A stretch of DNA of 56,418 nucleotides from a virus (IMGVR_UViG_3300043296_000188:1-56418); one strand, 5' to 3'; shown: positions 9,315 to 20,402, counted from the stretch's first letter. Numbers and translations: made by a program. The notes: generated from the letters alone by a model not told the origin.

Positions 9315-12300
9315 TTAGTTTTTATCAAAATAGTCCTTTATTAATTTAGTCCTCGCTTTTTCAAGTTTCATTATTCTTTGTTTAATTTTTTCCGATTCTT
9401 TTCTTGATTTTAATTGGTTAATTCTTTTTCTTTTACTGTTGAGCCTTCCTTGTAATCTATTTAATTTTTTCAATTCGAATAATTGCTTCTTGTGTTTTGA
9501 TCTAAAAGCTCGTTTATCTTTTGATTTTTCTAAATCGTCTTTGATTATATTTAGTTTCTTTTTTCTTTTTGAAAGCCTTCTATCCCAAAGATCACTACGT
9601 TTACTTGTTCCACGACCCATATGCCAATATGCCAATTTACCGACGACTGGAACTGAAGCAAGAGTTTCAAGCCCCTTACCATCACCAGCTTTTACAATAT
9701 CTTTTGTTGCAGCATCAAGAAATTTAAAAGGAGGAAGCATTTGTCTTGCCATCGCAGAACCTAAACCTTCAGTTCTTGCTTTCCATGTAACAAATTTTGA
9801 TACACCAAAAAGTCTTAACATATTGTCAACAATTCTATCATCAAAATCTGTTTTTCTTCCTAAAACAAAATCCTTTAATTCATCGGCTCCGGCATTAGCA
9901 AGAACAAAGAACATTGCAAGTCTTACAAGATTTTTTACACCCTGGATCTTTTCTTTAGGATCAGAAGATTTGATTTTATTGTAAGCTTCGTTCCTGAAAG
10001 CATCAAATTGTTTTATTGTAAAAGTTTTCAACATGTAAAAAATTCTACCGTTCCCGGCTTCCAGATATTTTTGTGGCATTTCTGACAAAGCAACTGGTTG
10101 GAAATCAAGCAACCTATTATAAACTAAGAGCTTTACATTATCTGTTATTTCATCATTTAATAGATCATCAACAACTTGATCCGTTTCGCCTTCAAATATA
10201 TGTCTTATGTTATTTCTAAGTTTATTAGGATTATTCTTAGCCTGTTCTTGGAACTTTTCAAGAGCAGAATTTAAAAGAGATTCTTTACCAATAGAATCCA
10301 TTTTCTCAAGACCAACAATCTTAAAAACTTTTGAAACTGCATCACCTAAAGCGCCAGAATCTTGAAACTCTTGGGCTATCCTATTTATCCCAACACCTTC
10401 TTTTGTTATTCTCGATTTACCGGTTGCTGATTTATAAGCATTTTTCAAAGCCTTTGGCAATCCACCTTCATAAGCTGCCCATGCTAAATCACCTATCTGG
10501 GTCAAAGCGGAGGTTATAGAACCCATTGTGTCTATGTATGAAAGATTCTTATAGGCCTGAACCACTCCCCTTGTGCCCTTCTCGTTAAATCGTGCTGTCA
10601 GGATGTCAATTAATTCCTGCTCTTGGGCTGCGTTTATTTCTCCCTGCTGAATAAGATCAATCACATAAGAGTTAATATTGTCTGTATAGTCCCTTTGATT
10701 TTTGTATTTATTTATTATTTCTTGAAACGCAAATTTATTATCTTCGTGGAATTTAATTCTTTCAGGAGAAGCATTTTCTTTTTTAAGTTCAATTATTTTT
10801 TTATTCACAAGATTTAATCTACGCTTTGCAGTGGATATTTTTTCAGGTACTTTTCCGAAAAACTTTCTGGTTTCAATTCCTTTTCTCATTGAATAAATAT
10901 GAGCCATTAAAGCACCGTCTGAATCCATATAGAATTTATTTAATTTTGCTGGGATCTTTTTAAGCTTACGCTCTTTTGTAGCAGGCACACCACCAAGTCC
11001 ATAATTGCCACCATAAAGCATACTGCTTATTAAATCAGCTTTTTGATCTTCTGGCATTTCAGCAACTGTGATTCCCATTACTCCTGCTCGTTCTTGCAGC
11101 CTTCTTGAGATAACAGGCCAATCGCCTTCTTTCCCTATTGCCTTTAAAAAACCTCTGGAGTCTTTTAATACTCTTGGCGCGTAATCTTCGATATAACCGA
11201 TATCAAGCCCAACATCTAAGCCTTCGTCCCTTAAACTATCTAAAGAGTCTCTATAGGCATCATATTCTTCTCTGATATCGTATTTCTCAATTAGCTCATT
11301 AAGCTTTTCAACATCTGAGTTTTTCCTGGCATAATCCCAATCTGCAAAATCAGCTTTAGTCATTTTAGATTTTGCTTTCTTTAAAAGTGGCTCAACTTTC
11401 TGGACATCTTTTGTGCTTTTTAAATCAGTATCAAATGAAAGTTTTCTGATTTTTGATTTGAGTTTTGGATTTATGTTTCCGAGTCTGGTTGAAATAGAAC
11501 CGAGAAACTTATCAATCCCTTTGGCAATTTCTCCACCTACTCTTTTGATACTTGTTGTGGCTGCTATTTTTACATTGCCTGATTCTTCACGGTTCTTTTC
11601 ATAATCATTTATGCTTATTGGTTCACTTGATTCTGCAAGGCTTATAACTTCTGGATCTGTTACGGGTTTATTTCTTAATGCTGCTGCCTTTTCAAGTATC
11701 CGTTCTGCTGGGGTTTGTTTTTTAGGTTCTTTGCCTAAAGTAATAGCCCCAACTTCGGCTCCTAATGTAAACGTTTCAAGGTGTGTATTAATTGCATGAT
11801 ACATCTTAACAACAGCATCTTTCACCTTATCATATGCTTTGCCAAGTTTATCAGCTACTTTCCCGGTAAATTCTTTAATAGACATTCCGGCTTTGTAAAT
11901 ACCTGTAACAAGGTCTTCAAGGATATATGCTCTGCCGTCTTCTGCTGTTATTTTAGTATTTGCTTTTCCTAATGCTTCACGGATACTTGTTGGGGGTTTC
12001 GTTTCATCGGCGACAAGTCTTTTTGCCAAAGCAACAACATTGGTATTTCTTTGCCTTTGCCATACTTGCTTTTTAGGCGACCATCTAAAGCCATTAGCTT
12101 TTAACTTTTTTCTTATTTCTTCACTTGGTTTACCATCAAAAACAATCTGGACCCGGTTATCTTCTACATTATCTATTATCTCAATATCACCAACCTGTAT
12201 TGATTCCGTTATATCACCTGCTCTTTTTTCAAGCTCTTTTATCCGGCCCTTTGTTCTTTTGATGTTTGCATTATTATTTGTGAGTGAGAAGGAAGCAAAT

Positions 12301-15300
12301 CCTTTTCTACCAGTAAAATCAGGTGATAATAACTCTTTACTTTCTTCTTGTGAAAAACCTATCTCTGTCAAGCTTTTTATTTTATCATCATCAGATGTTT
12401 TTTTATTTCTTATAATTTGATTCGCGTCTTTCATCTTTTGGTGATTTGCTTCAAGAGTCTCAAGCTTTTCTTTTAACCGTTGAATCGCTTGCGGATCATC
12501 ACTTGATATGGCAGATGTTGAAAGGCCAAGTTTTTTATTTATAGCTTTCTGAGCTTTTTTATCAAATATAGAAAGTTCATCAGACCGTCTTCTTTCTGTA
12601 TTTTGCTTTTTCTTATTTGAGCTTACAGGGAAATTTGATGGTCCTGTAATCATCGGGCTTATAGTTCTTCCAAGTGCATCCATCCATGCTATGTACTTTC
12701 TTAAATACCCTTGTTTATATTTCTCAAGTTCTGATATTAATAGTTCTTTTTGCTCTGGTTTTATTTTATTGATGAAGGAATCATGGACATTTTGCATATG
12801 TTCAACATAACCGGCTTGAAGTTGATCTGCTCTTTTATCCGGGGAGAAACTTATACCAGCATATGCACGTTCTGCCGTTTGTCTTGGGACATCACTTTCT
12901 TTAAAATCTATTATGTTGCCTGGTTTCTTTGGTTGTTTCTTTTCAGGAGGCAACCCTCTTTGTTGTCTTAAAAGTCTGTCTTCTTCTGCTATCTGTCTTA
13001 TGGATTCAGCTTCTTCTTTTTCTCTTCGTGCACCGATTTGTCCGGTTGCTTCTTCTTTAATTTTTATTCCCAATCTTAATTGTTTAGATGCTGTCAAATC
13101 AGGAAATCTTTCACGAATTTTCTTTATTCTATCAAAACTGCCCAATTCCACAAGATCAAGATTATCTTCAACGATTGGTCTTAATTCTTTAATAGGAACC
13201 TCTTCAATCTTAACACCCTCAACGTCTTCCTTAGTAGCCTTCCTCTCACTTCCTTTTACAGCTTCTGCGTGTTCAGGTCCGGGCATTATAGAACCGTCTG
13301 GCATGGTGTGGATTGTGTCGCCTATTTTGAATGGGGCTTCGATGATTTTGGGTTTAGGTTCTTCTTTCTCAAGAATAACACCTTCTGAAATTCTATCACC
13401 ATCAAGTGTAATTATGCCATCGTGTCCATCATTTAGAATGGCTTCTGTTAATTCAGTCCCTGTTTTACCATCATACATATTTGATAAATCAGTTTTCCAT
13501 CCACCATGTCGTGTTGTCTTATGTTCAAGAACAAGAGGGTTTTTAAATTCAACAATACCTTTTTCAAGACCTTTTAACTTGGGCAATTTTTCACTACTTG
13601 GTGCAATATATTTACCAGAAGGTTCTATGTCTTGTGCAAACTCTTTACCTCTATCTGGTGCAGGCTCTATACTATGTGTATAGTGATATTTTACTGACTT
13701 GCCTGTTTGTATACTTCCTTTAGGGATAGGTGCATCCGTTAATATATCTTTTGGTTCTTTTTTCTCTTTCAACAAAGCTTCATTTTCATCAATAACATTT
13801 TGAAATTCCGCTATTTCCTGCTCTGGATCTTCGCTTAGAGTTGGATATCTTTTTATTAGGCTTATTTCTTCTTTGGCTTTGGCTATTGCATCTTCGGGTT
13901 TGATTTCCGTTGTTATTTTGTCTGGTTTAGTTAATGAGATTTCTTTTACAGCTGGTATTTTTTTATCTTTAAATTGTCTTTCATCTTGTATTGGATCACT
14001 AGAATTGTAAACAGATAATGCTCTCTCTGCATCAACAACAGATATTCCAAGGCGTTTAGCTGCTTCTTTCAACAACTTTTTATTTGGTCTAAGTGTGGTA
14101 CTATTACCTGTTTTGTCTGTATATTCAAAATTAACGACCTCACCCAGTTTGAACCAAGATTTTGGTTGACTCGTATCTTTATCTAATTTTAAACTTTCTT
14201 TATATGCAAGACCTTCATTCTGAGAATTACCAAAATATCTGATATCTACAGGAATATCTTTTATCCCCAATTCAATAGCAGCATCTAAGCGGTGATTGCC
14301 TTCTGATACAACTGCTGGTTTGCCAGGATCTTTTAAAATTAAGATTTCTTCTTTTATACCATTCTTCAAAATATCTGCTTTAAATTTTTCCCATTCCTTA
14401 CCTTTTTTATTTCGGTGTTCCCCTCTTATTTCACCAGATTCTCCTTCAAGATGCGAAATGCTAATTACAGGAATAGTTCCTGTTTCTATTCTGGTGGTAT
14501 GGCTTCTCTGTCCTGTCTTACCTTCGAATTCTTCTATTTTTAAACCTTTTTGAGTTTCCGTTGGCACCTTCTCTGGTTCTACCTTTGGAGCCTTTTTGGT
14601 TTCAGTGGTTGGCTCAAGTTTATTAAAAGATTCTTTTATTTCTTTTGGGTCAAGACTGAATGATGAGAAAGTTCTGCCTTTTAATGGGCCTGATTGCGGT
14701 GTGAATGAATATATTGTTTTACCGGTTGGCAAGTCTTGAGAACCATCAGATTTTATATCTTGTCCGGGGATGTCTTTGTTTATTTGTTCTGCTGCTTTTT
14801 CTTGAGGTTCAATTTCAGGCTCTGGTTTTTCTTCCAAAATTTGATCTTCGGGAATTAATCCAGGGAATTTCTTTAAAGTTTCTGCCGGGATGAATTCACC
14901 AGTTTCTATTTTATCGGATACGGCTTTTTGTTCTTTGGTTATTTCTGGTTCAACATCAACAACTTCTGCTGCTAAAAATTCTTCAAACTGTTCCGACTCT
15001 ATTCCGAGTTGATCGATCTTTTCTACAATAGCTTCTTTTGCAAGTTCTCTGTGCGACTCGCTTAAATCAGAAGGGGTTTGTTTTGCTTGAAATTCTCCGA
15101 TTATGTTATCTATATTATCTGATAGATGGGTAAAGCGTTCGTCTGCTTTTAATTCCAAAGCTTCTTCAAGGGTCAAGGATTTATCTTTCAATCCTGAGTC
15201 TATGGTATCGAGAATAGCTGTATCTTGTTCTGATAGTGGTTGTGCTGCTTGAACTTCACCAGGCTTTGTGAAATCAGCATTTATATCGATAGGGCTTCCA

Positions 15301-16412
15301 GCTTCAATTAATGATTCGGTCATATCTGACCACGCTTTTTTTAATTCTTTATCTTTAATATTACTTGAAATAAATTGAGCCGCTTGTATTCTTTCTACTT
15401 GATCTTCACTATTGAGTTTATTTTTAATATTATTTCTTTGGACACTTGTTATAGTCTGAGCACCAACACCAAATAAAACACTCATAGTCAAGGCTGGAAT
15501 AATAGACTCGACTGCTGCCATTTGCCATGCGCCTTCAGGAAGAACGCCTATCCTTTCATCTATTTTAGCACCAAGAGCACCTTGCAATATTTCTGTTGGG
15601 ACTTCATTTAATGCTGCATTTTTGGTTAGATTTTTTGCAAAAGTTTTAAAAGGGGTTTTCAATAGCTCTTTGGCTGTGTTTTTAAGCGGCTGCGTAGCGA
15701 TTTTGCCGAAACCAAATGTCATCATACCAGCAATATTAGAAATTGATTCAATACCACCTTCTACAAGTGCCTGTTGTGTTGCTGCTTTATGAGCTATTTT
15801 TTCATCTATGCCTCTATTCAGGTATTCTTCTTTCCTTTGTCCATACGTCCCAAGCCCATGAACTGCTAAAGTCGCAAGTGTTCCACCTAAAAGTCCACCA
15901 ATAGTTGCTCCTACTGCTGTTCCGGGTCCAGGTAAAATAGCTGTGCCTATGACGGCTCCTGCTTTGGCCCCCGGTACACCTCCTGCAATTGCTGGTGCGA
16001 GTGAAGGAACTGCGCTTTCAAGACCACCTTTAACACCACGTTTTATGAAACCTTCTCCTGCCGCTTCTGAAATATCTGGCTTCATAATATCTAATTCTCT
16101 TAATTTTTCAGCACCTCTTATAATTTTTTCACCTATTGGTTTTAATAAAATACCTGATGGATCAAGTGTTTTTAAGGCCTGTCCTGTCAATTCACCAAGA
16201 ACAGGGACACCTCTTGCAATACTTGACGCAATATCACCAACAAAACCACGTTCTATCCCAGCCTGCTCTATCGGTTCAATAGGGGTATCCGATAATTCAT
16301 CAAAATTAAATCGCCTCAATCCACTTTTCTTAATAGTCGGTTGAATTATTTCAGGCTCCAAAATCGGAGTGTCCGCTAATTCATCAAGATTGTATTGTTT
16401 AAATTTTGCCAT
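9315..16412 (-). CDS. Large polyvalent DNA-ejection (internal virion) protein with ParB/Srx-like, ART-like and DUF3560-like inserts
   Basis: 2365 aa; Gly/Ala-rich hydrophobic N-terminal region; SEGNHRLDAA; KNPLVL...GHDGII; ITGPSNFP...SSDDP...NGFRWSP..WQR; third gene of the ejection cluster. Confidence 0.75.
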   Translation of the reverse strand: MAKFKQYNLDELADTPILEPEIIQPTIKKSGLRRFNFDELSDTPIEPIEQAGIERGFVGDIASSIARGVPVLGELTGQALKTLDPSGILLKPIGEKIIRGAEKLRELDIMKPDISEAAGEGFIKRGVKGGLESAVPSLAPAIAGGVPGAKAGAVIGTAILPGPGTAVGATIGGLLGGTLATLAVHGLGTYGQRKEEYLNRGIDEKIAHKAATQQALVEGGIESISNIAGMMTFGFGKIATQPLKNTAKELLKTPFKTFAKNLTKNAALNEVPTEILQGALGAKIDERIGVLPEGAWQMAAVESIIPALTMSVLFGVGAQTITSVQRNNIKNKLNSEDQVERIQAAQFISSNIKDKELKKAWSDMTESLIEAGSPIDINADFTKPGEVQAAQPLSEQDTAILDTIDSGLKDKSLTLEEALELKADERFTHLSDNIDNIIGEFQAKQTPSDLSESHRELAKEAIVEKIDQLGIESEQFEEFLAAEVVDVEPEITKEQKAVSDKIETGEFIPAETLKKFPGLIPEDQILEEKPEPEIEPQEKAAEQINKDIPGQDIKSDGSQDLPTGKTIYSFTPQSGPLKGRTFSSFSLDPKEIKESFNKLEPTTETKKAPKVEPEKVPTETQKGLKIEEFEGKTGQRSHTTRIETGTIPVISISHLEGESGEIRGEHRNKKGKEWEKFKADILKNGIKEEILILKDPGKPAVVSEGNHRLDAAIELGIKDIPVDIRYFGNSQNEGLAYKESLKLDKDTSQPKSWFKLGEVVNFEYTDKTGNSTTLRPNKKLLKEAAKRLGISVVDAERALSVYNSSDPIQDERQFKDKKIPAVKEISLTKPDKITTEIKPEDAIAKAKEEISLIKRYPTLSEDPEQEIAEFQNVIDENEALLKEKKEPKDILTDAPIPKGSIQTGKSVKYHYTHSIEPAPDRGKEFAQDIEPSGKYIAPSSEKLPKLKGLEKGIVEFKNPLVLEHKTTRHGGWKTDLSNMYDGKTGTELTEAILNDGHDGIITLDGDRISEGVILEKEEPKPKIIEAPFKIGDTIHTMPDGSIMPGPEHAEAVKGSERKATKEDVEGVKIEEVPIKELRPIVEDNLDLVELGSFDRIKKIRERFPDLTASKQLRLGIKIKEEATGQIGARREKEEAESIRQIAEEDRLLRQQRGLPPEKKQPKKPGNIIDFKESDVPRQTAERAYAGISFSPDKRADQLQAGYVEHMQNVHDSFINKIKPEQKELLISELEKYKQGYLRKYIAWMDALGRTISPMITGPSNFPVSSNKKKQNTERRRSDELSIFDKKAQKAINKKLGLSTSAISSDDPQAIQRLKEKLETLEANHQKMKDANQIIRNKKTSDDDKIKSLTEIGFSQEESKELLSPDFTGRKGFASFSLTNNNANIKRTKGRIKELEKRAGDITESIQVGDIEIIDNVEDNRVQIVFDGKPSEEIRKKLKANGFRWSPKKQVWQRQRNTNVVALAKRLVADETKPPTSIREALGKANTKITAEDGRAYILEDLVTGIYKAGMSIKEFTGKVADKLGKAYDKVKDAVVKMYHAINTHLETFTLGAEVGAITLGKEPKKQTPAERILEKAAALRNKPVTDPEVISLAESSEPISINDYEKNREESGNVKIAATTSIKRVGGEIAKGIDKFLGSISTRLGNINPKLKSKIRKLSFDTDLKSTKDVQKVEPLLKKAKSKMTKADFADWDYARKNSDVEKLNELIEKYDIREEYDAYRDSLDSLRDEGLDVGLDIGYIEDYAPRVLKDSRGFLKAIGKEGDWPVISRRLQERAGVMGITVAEMPEDQKADLISSMLYGGNYGLGGVPATKERKLKKIPAKLNKFYMDSDGALMAHIYSMRKGIETRKFFGKVPEKISTAKRRLNLVNKKIIELKKENASPERIKFHEDNKFAFQEIINKYKNQRDYTDNINSYVIDLIQQGEINAAQEQELIDILTARFNEKGTRGVVQAYKNLSYIDTMGSITSALTQIGDLAWAAYEGGLPKALKNAYKSATGKSRITKEGVGINRIAQEFQDSGALGDAVSKVFKIVGLEKMDSIGKESLLNSALEKFQEQAKNNPNKLRNNIRHIFEGETDQVVDDLLNDEITDNVKLLVYNRLLDFQPVALSEMPQKYLEAGNGRIFYMLKTFTIKQFDAFRNEAYNKIKSSDPKEKIQGVKNLVRLAMFFVLANAGADELKDFVLGRKTDFDDRIVDNMLRLFGVSKFVTWKARTEGLGSAMARQMLPPFKFLDAATKDIVKAGDGKGLETLASVPVVGKLAYWHMGRGTSKRSDLWDRRLSKRKKKLNIIKDDLEKSKDKRAFRSKHKKQLFELKKLNRLQGRLNSKRKRINQLKSRKESEKIKQRIMKLEKARTKLIKDYFDKN

Positions 16413-17506
16413 TACTGGTGACTCTTTATTAATTTAGGAGGTGCTATCTCGCCAACTTTCTTGCCGGTATCATCGCGAACATTTAACTCATCAATATATA
16501 AAAGGCTCCCATCTGTATCGTATTTAATTTGCCAACCTTTAATATCTGCATCATACTGCGCCCCAAATCGCTTTTTCTGCTGTGATTTTTCTGACGGTGT
16601 GGAACCAAAGCCTTCATCCGATTTTGTCCATTCTTTCATTTGGGCTGTTACATCTTTTCGTTTTGCGATTCGATCCTTTTTAATAATATCAACAGGTGTT
16701 TTCCCGGCTGCTCTTGTTTTAGTCTTGCCTTTTCCAGTGCCTTTTATAAGAATTCCGCCTTCAAATACCGATACATCGCCTTGATCATTTGTAACTAATC
16801 TGATCCCACTTGGTTTCTTCACTGTTTTGCCAACCCCAGAGCCTTTGATTAATTTTCCATTTTCAAACACGGAAACATTGCCTTGATCGTCTTGAACAAA
16901 ATGATGTGACGGTTTAACTGGTGCCCTGCCAAGTTGCTTAAATTCTCTGGTTGATTCTACCCTTGTAAAAGGTTTACCAGTTGCCGGATTAATTTCTTTC
17001 ATTCTCGCACCAATAAAAGCCTCTGACTCACTTGGTTTAGGAAGTCTTTTTGCTTTTTCTATTTGTGCCCTTGTTAAGTCTCGGCCCAATGCGCCTCTTT
17101 CAAATACACGTTCTTCTTTTGCTAAAGCTTCTTTTTTTCTGACAGCTTCAGATCCTATTGCTGATATAGCACCACCAACTCTGCCCTGAACTGTTCCTGG
17201 GGCAATGGCTTGGGCTAATAATCCAGCTATAGAGGCGAATTTATCTGCATCAAATTGTCTTGGCTGTTTAGCAACACCTGAAACTCTCGCGGTTCCTGCC
17301 GGTCTGATTGTATTTCCTGCAAAACTTGGTGTCCTGCCAGGTGTTTGCGGAGTTTTAAGCAATGATGCTAATTTAAACATATCTGTTTGCTTTACAGCAC
17401 TTGTTTGTATTGGTGTAGTTTCTATCGGAGCAACATTTGGAATGGTTGCAGGAATAGTCGTTGTTCTTGTTCTTCTTTGCCCTAATGGTGTTAATCTAGT
17501 TACCAT
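16412..17506 (-). CDS. DNA ejection / internal virion protein
   Basis: Basic, low-complexity; two DQG(N/D)VSVFE.G.LIKG.G repeats; position. Confidence 0.55.
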   Translation of the reverse strand: MVTRLTPLGQRRTRTTTIPATIPNVAPIETTPIQTSAVKQTDMFKLASLLKTPQTPGRTPSFAGNTIRPAGTARVSGVAKQPRQFDADKFASIAGLLAQAIAPGTVQGRVGGAISAIGSEAVRKKEALAKEERVFERGALGRDLTRAQIEKAKRLPKPSESEAFIGARMKEINPATGKPFTRVESTREFKQLGRAPVKPSHHFVQDDQGNVSVFENGKLIKGSGVGKTVKKPSGIRLVTNDQGDVSVFEGGILIKGTGKGKTKTRAAGKTPVDIIKKDRIAKRKDVTAQMKEWTKSDEGFGSTPSEKSQQKKRFGAQYDADIKGWQIKYDTDGSLLYIDELNVRDDTGKKVGEIAPPKLIKSHQ

Positions 17507-17518
17507 ATTAATCTCCTA

Positions 17519-18385
17519 TTAAACAAATGCCGAAGCAAGACCGACTGCTCCACCTATAACCGCGCCCCAAGCTGTCCCTAAAACAGGAACTGCACTACCA
17601 ATCTTTGCTCCAACAGCCGCACCGGATAATGTACCGCTTAATGCTTTTTGTGCTGTTGATGAACCTGCAACCCCACCCGATGAATTTCTTGCACCCTGTA
17701 ATGCTGCTAATGCCGATCTTTCAAAATCAAGAACCGTGAAAGGCCATAATTTATCTTTTGTGGTAAGCGTGTAGTTATAATCGTCAACATCCATTTTTGC
17801 AGTAAAGTAAAGCTTCATAATTTCTGCATAATTCATTACAACACTTCCATTCCAACCAAGATGAGACTTCCATCTATCCACTGCAACCGGAATCATTCTA
17901 AACTTTAACTCAGAGCTAAATCTTTCCACTGCTTTAGTTCTTCCGTCTAATAATACAGCCTTTCCAACAACAAAAGAATCATTTTGAACAGCGTTTAAAT
18001 CTCTCGCTCCAAGAGTAAAATTAGACAGAACATTTGCATTAAAATCATCATCAAGTAAAGCAGTTTCAGCGGCTACAAGATTATTTATCTCGGGTGAATT
18101 AACCGTATCTTCAAATATTTGAGAAAATAAAACATCGATATCAAGTCCGGCCATAAACTTTCCGAACATATCATACAAGCTTGGATAACTGGCTATCACA
18201 AAACTTGCACCGAAAAAAGCATCATCAATTTCTATATCGGTATTCCCGGCAAATGGAGAATCCGCGGCAATACTTATCCGTTGTAACTGAACTTCATCTA
18301 AAAAACTCTGATGCTTGCTTTCTATATACGGGGCATAGCGTATCTCATTCCGCTGATCACCACCACTACTTGATCCACCACCCAT
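17519..18385 (-). CDS. DNA ejection (pilot-like) protein
   Basis: MGGGSSSGG start behind GGAGG; C-terminal Gly/Ala-rich hydrophobic hairpin GAAVGAKIG...GAVIGGAVG. Confidence 0.65.
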   Translation of the reverse strand: MGGGSSSGGDQRNEIRYAPYIESKHQSFLDEVQLQRISIAADSPFAGNTDIEIDDAFFGASFVIASYPSLYDMFGKFMAGLDIDVLFSQIFEDTVNSPEINNLVAAETALLDDDFNANVLSNFTLGARDLNAVQNDSFVVGKAVLLDGRTKAVERFSSELKFRMIPVAVDRWKSHLGWNGSVVMNYAEIMKLYFTAKMDVDDYNYTLTTKDKLWPFTVLDFERSALAALQGARNSSGGVAGSSTAQKALSGTLSGAAVGAKIGSAVPVLGTAWGAVIGGAVGLASAFV

Positions 18386-18386
18386 G

Positions 18387-18824
18387 TTACCCTCCAAATC
18401 TAAAGTCTAATCGTCTGTGCCTTTCCTTGAAGCCATAAAGACTTGCAAGCTCTAAGATTTTTTCATTCTTTGATGTAAATGAAATATATGAACATTTTTC
18501 TTTTTTGGAAAAATCAATTGCGTATTGCATATTTTCTGCCCAATCTTTATCACTTGCTACTTCAAATGCATAATAAGACTGAAGCAGTAAATATTTTTCT
18601 TTTGTGAACTGATCTATTAAAAGCCTGGTTATAATAACAGCTTTGATTTTTGTTTGTTTTTCATTCACTCTAAAGAAGCATTGAGCCTTGTTTGATAATA
18701 AAGCGTGAAGCAATTCGTTTAAGTATGGTTCCAATCCATGCTCTATTCCATCTGCTTGAGTAGATGCGTATTTTATAATTTCCCAGACTTTAGGGATTTT
18801 ATTTAAAAGTACTTGAGTAATCAT
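18387..18824 (-). CDS. GNAT-like podovirus protein (P22 gp14-like position)
   Basis: F.KKEKCSYISF...L...YGFKE pattern; lies between nozzle and ejection genes. Confidence 0.5.
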   Translation of the reverse strand: MITQVLLNKIPKVWEIIKYASTQADGIEHGLEPYLNELLHALLSNKAQCFFRVNEKQTKIKAVIITRLLIDQFTKEKYLLLQSYYAFEVASDKDWAENMQYAIDFSKKEKCSYISFTSKNEKILELASLYGFKERHRRLDFRFGG

Positions 18825-18832
18825 ATTTTTTC

Positions 18833-19957
18833 CTAATAAGCTAAAATTTCACCGTTAACATTAATATAATCTGCTTCAAAATAATCATATTCTGGAACTC
18901 TATAACCAAATTGAAATTCCGTACCGTAGCAAGGTATCCATGCCTGACCTCTATCATCAACATTATACCAACCTGTTTGAGTGAATGCGCTTGCCTTATT
19001 CTGCCTTAATCTGATAGCTGCCTGTATTGTCTCTGTTAAATCCGTGCTTATCTCAATTGAAAATATATTCTTGCCTTTCCTGGTTCCAAAATCAAAGGTA
19101 TCTGTCCATATCTCAAAGTCTGGTATTACAATAGCTGCCGGTGATGCAACATAAAGAACACCACTTTGAAAACCAATTCCGGTTACATTTGGTGGACCCT
19201 TGCCAAGAGATTGAGAATCAGGTGAATAAATATATCCTGTTGTTCCGTCACAAATATGGAGAAGGTTTTTTGATTCATCCAAAGTTAAAACAGGATTTGA
19301 CAAAGTTTCTAAAAATTCTTTATAATCAAGCTTAACCAAACCTTCACCTGTTAATTGATAAAGGTATCCAAGTTTATCAATAAAGTAATGAACAAAATCA
19401 GTGCCAGCAAATGCATCTCTACCAAGGAGTCCTATTCTGTGGATAGTATTTACACCCACCAATTTTCCTACCGGGCTAAGAATGGTAACTCCATTTTCAC
19501 CGTAACTGACTATTTTACTGCCGAGTTTCCGGGTATTAGAAACAGAACCTTTCCAATCTAACGGAGTGGCCCCTGCAACATTGTTCCGGTCTTTTACAAA
19601 AGAAAGTGACCCAACATCTGACCACGCCACCCAATTTTCTTGTAAGTTTAAAAGAGTTAATTCACCAAAGGCCGAGGCATATGCTGTGGCTGTTCCTGTA
19701 AAAACGGTACTTAATATAAGATCGCCTTCAGCCGAAGCAAAAGCAGTTGCAGTCGCCTCAAAATCAACAAAAGACTTTTCACCTGAAGCCGAAGCAAAAG
19801 CGAATCCGACGCCTTGATTCTGATTGCCGTCTCTGTCGTAGCCAAGACAATCAAAATAAATATCAAACTGGATATTGCGTGGCACTGGTGTTAGTGAAGA
19901 TACACCTTTTGCTACCGCATATGCCGTGGCTGTCCCGGCTTCAAATACCGTTGCCAT
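18833..19957 (-). CDS. Tail nozzle (gp10/tubular-B-like) C-terminal half, fused behind TATA(Y/F)A repeats
   Basis: NWVAWSDVG, YGENGV, HYFIDK.GYLY propeller-type blades; C-terminal DFGT..K...GTEFQF. Confidence 0.6.
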   Translation of the reverse strand: MATVFEAGTATAYAVAKGVSSLTPVPRNIQFDIYFDCLGYDRDGNQNQGVGFAFASASGEKSFVDFEATATAFASAEGDLILSTVFTGTATAYASAFGELTLLNLQENWVAWSDVGSLSFVKDRNNVAGATPLDWKGSVSNTRKLGSKIVSYGENGVTILSPVGKLVGVNTIHRIGLLGRDAFAGTDFVHYFIDKLGYLYQLTGEGLVKLDYKEFLETLSNPVLTLDESKNLLHICDGTTGYIYSPDSQSLGKGPPNVTGIGFQSGVLYVASPAAIVIPDFEIWTDTFDFGTRKGKNIFSIEISTDLTETIQAAIRLRQNKASAFTQTGWYNVDDRGQAWIPCYGTEFQFGYRVPEYDYFEADYINVNGEILAY

Positions 19958-20391
19958 TATTGATTAGTCGCGTTCTCAAATTTAGGATTTGTAATCGTAA
20001 ACGTACCACCGTCCGGTTCTGTTCCTTCTGTTCCGAAATCAACATAGAGTAGTAACGGATCATCGGCTACAGTATCATCCAAGAGAAATGCTCCGGGAGA
20101 AGGGCCAATATTGCCACCTGAAGCAGTCCATTGTGGGTTGGACCAGGTAACCGTTAATTTGAACAACGAATCATCCCTTGTGATTGAAATACCGGAAGCG
20201 TCAAGGGTTTTTTGCAGATACCCGTTCCCAGCCCCTAATTCTGAAGCAGAAATATCGGCATATTCATGATGATTCGCTCTGTCAAATACAAACCCGGTAT
20301 CCATTAGAATCCAAATAAGTGCATCCGTGTCGAGATCCACATCACCTTTTGCCATCAGGTATAAAATGTTTTGGCATACTTTAGTCGCCAT
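19957..20391 (-). CDS. Tail/fibre-associated structural protein
   Basis: DLDTD.L..ILM, EL..GNGY, WTASGGNIGP, YVDFG pattern common in phage tail accessory proteins. Confidence 0.65.
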   Translation of the reverse strand: MATKVCQNILYLMAKGDVDLDTDALIWILMDTGFVFDRANHHEYADISASELGAGNGYLQKTLDASGISITRDDSLFKLTVTWSNPQWTASGGNIGPSPGAFLLDDTVADDPLLLYVDFGTEGTEPDGGTFTITNPKFENATNQ

Positions 20392-20402
20392 AATTAACTC
20401 CT

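Noticed and set aside
12913-13683. 256-aa plus-strand ORF and similar antisense ORFs (9439-9984, 6134-6646, 28412-28894, 46003-46467, 49083-49706)
   Set aside because: Ser/Phe/Leu-rich shadows of Glu/Lys-rich sense genes, with no RBS or motifs
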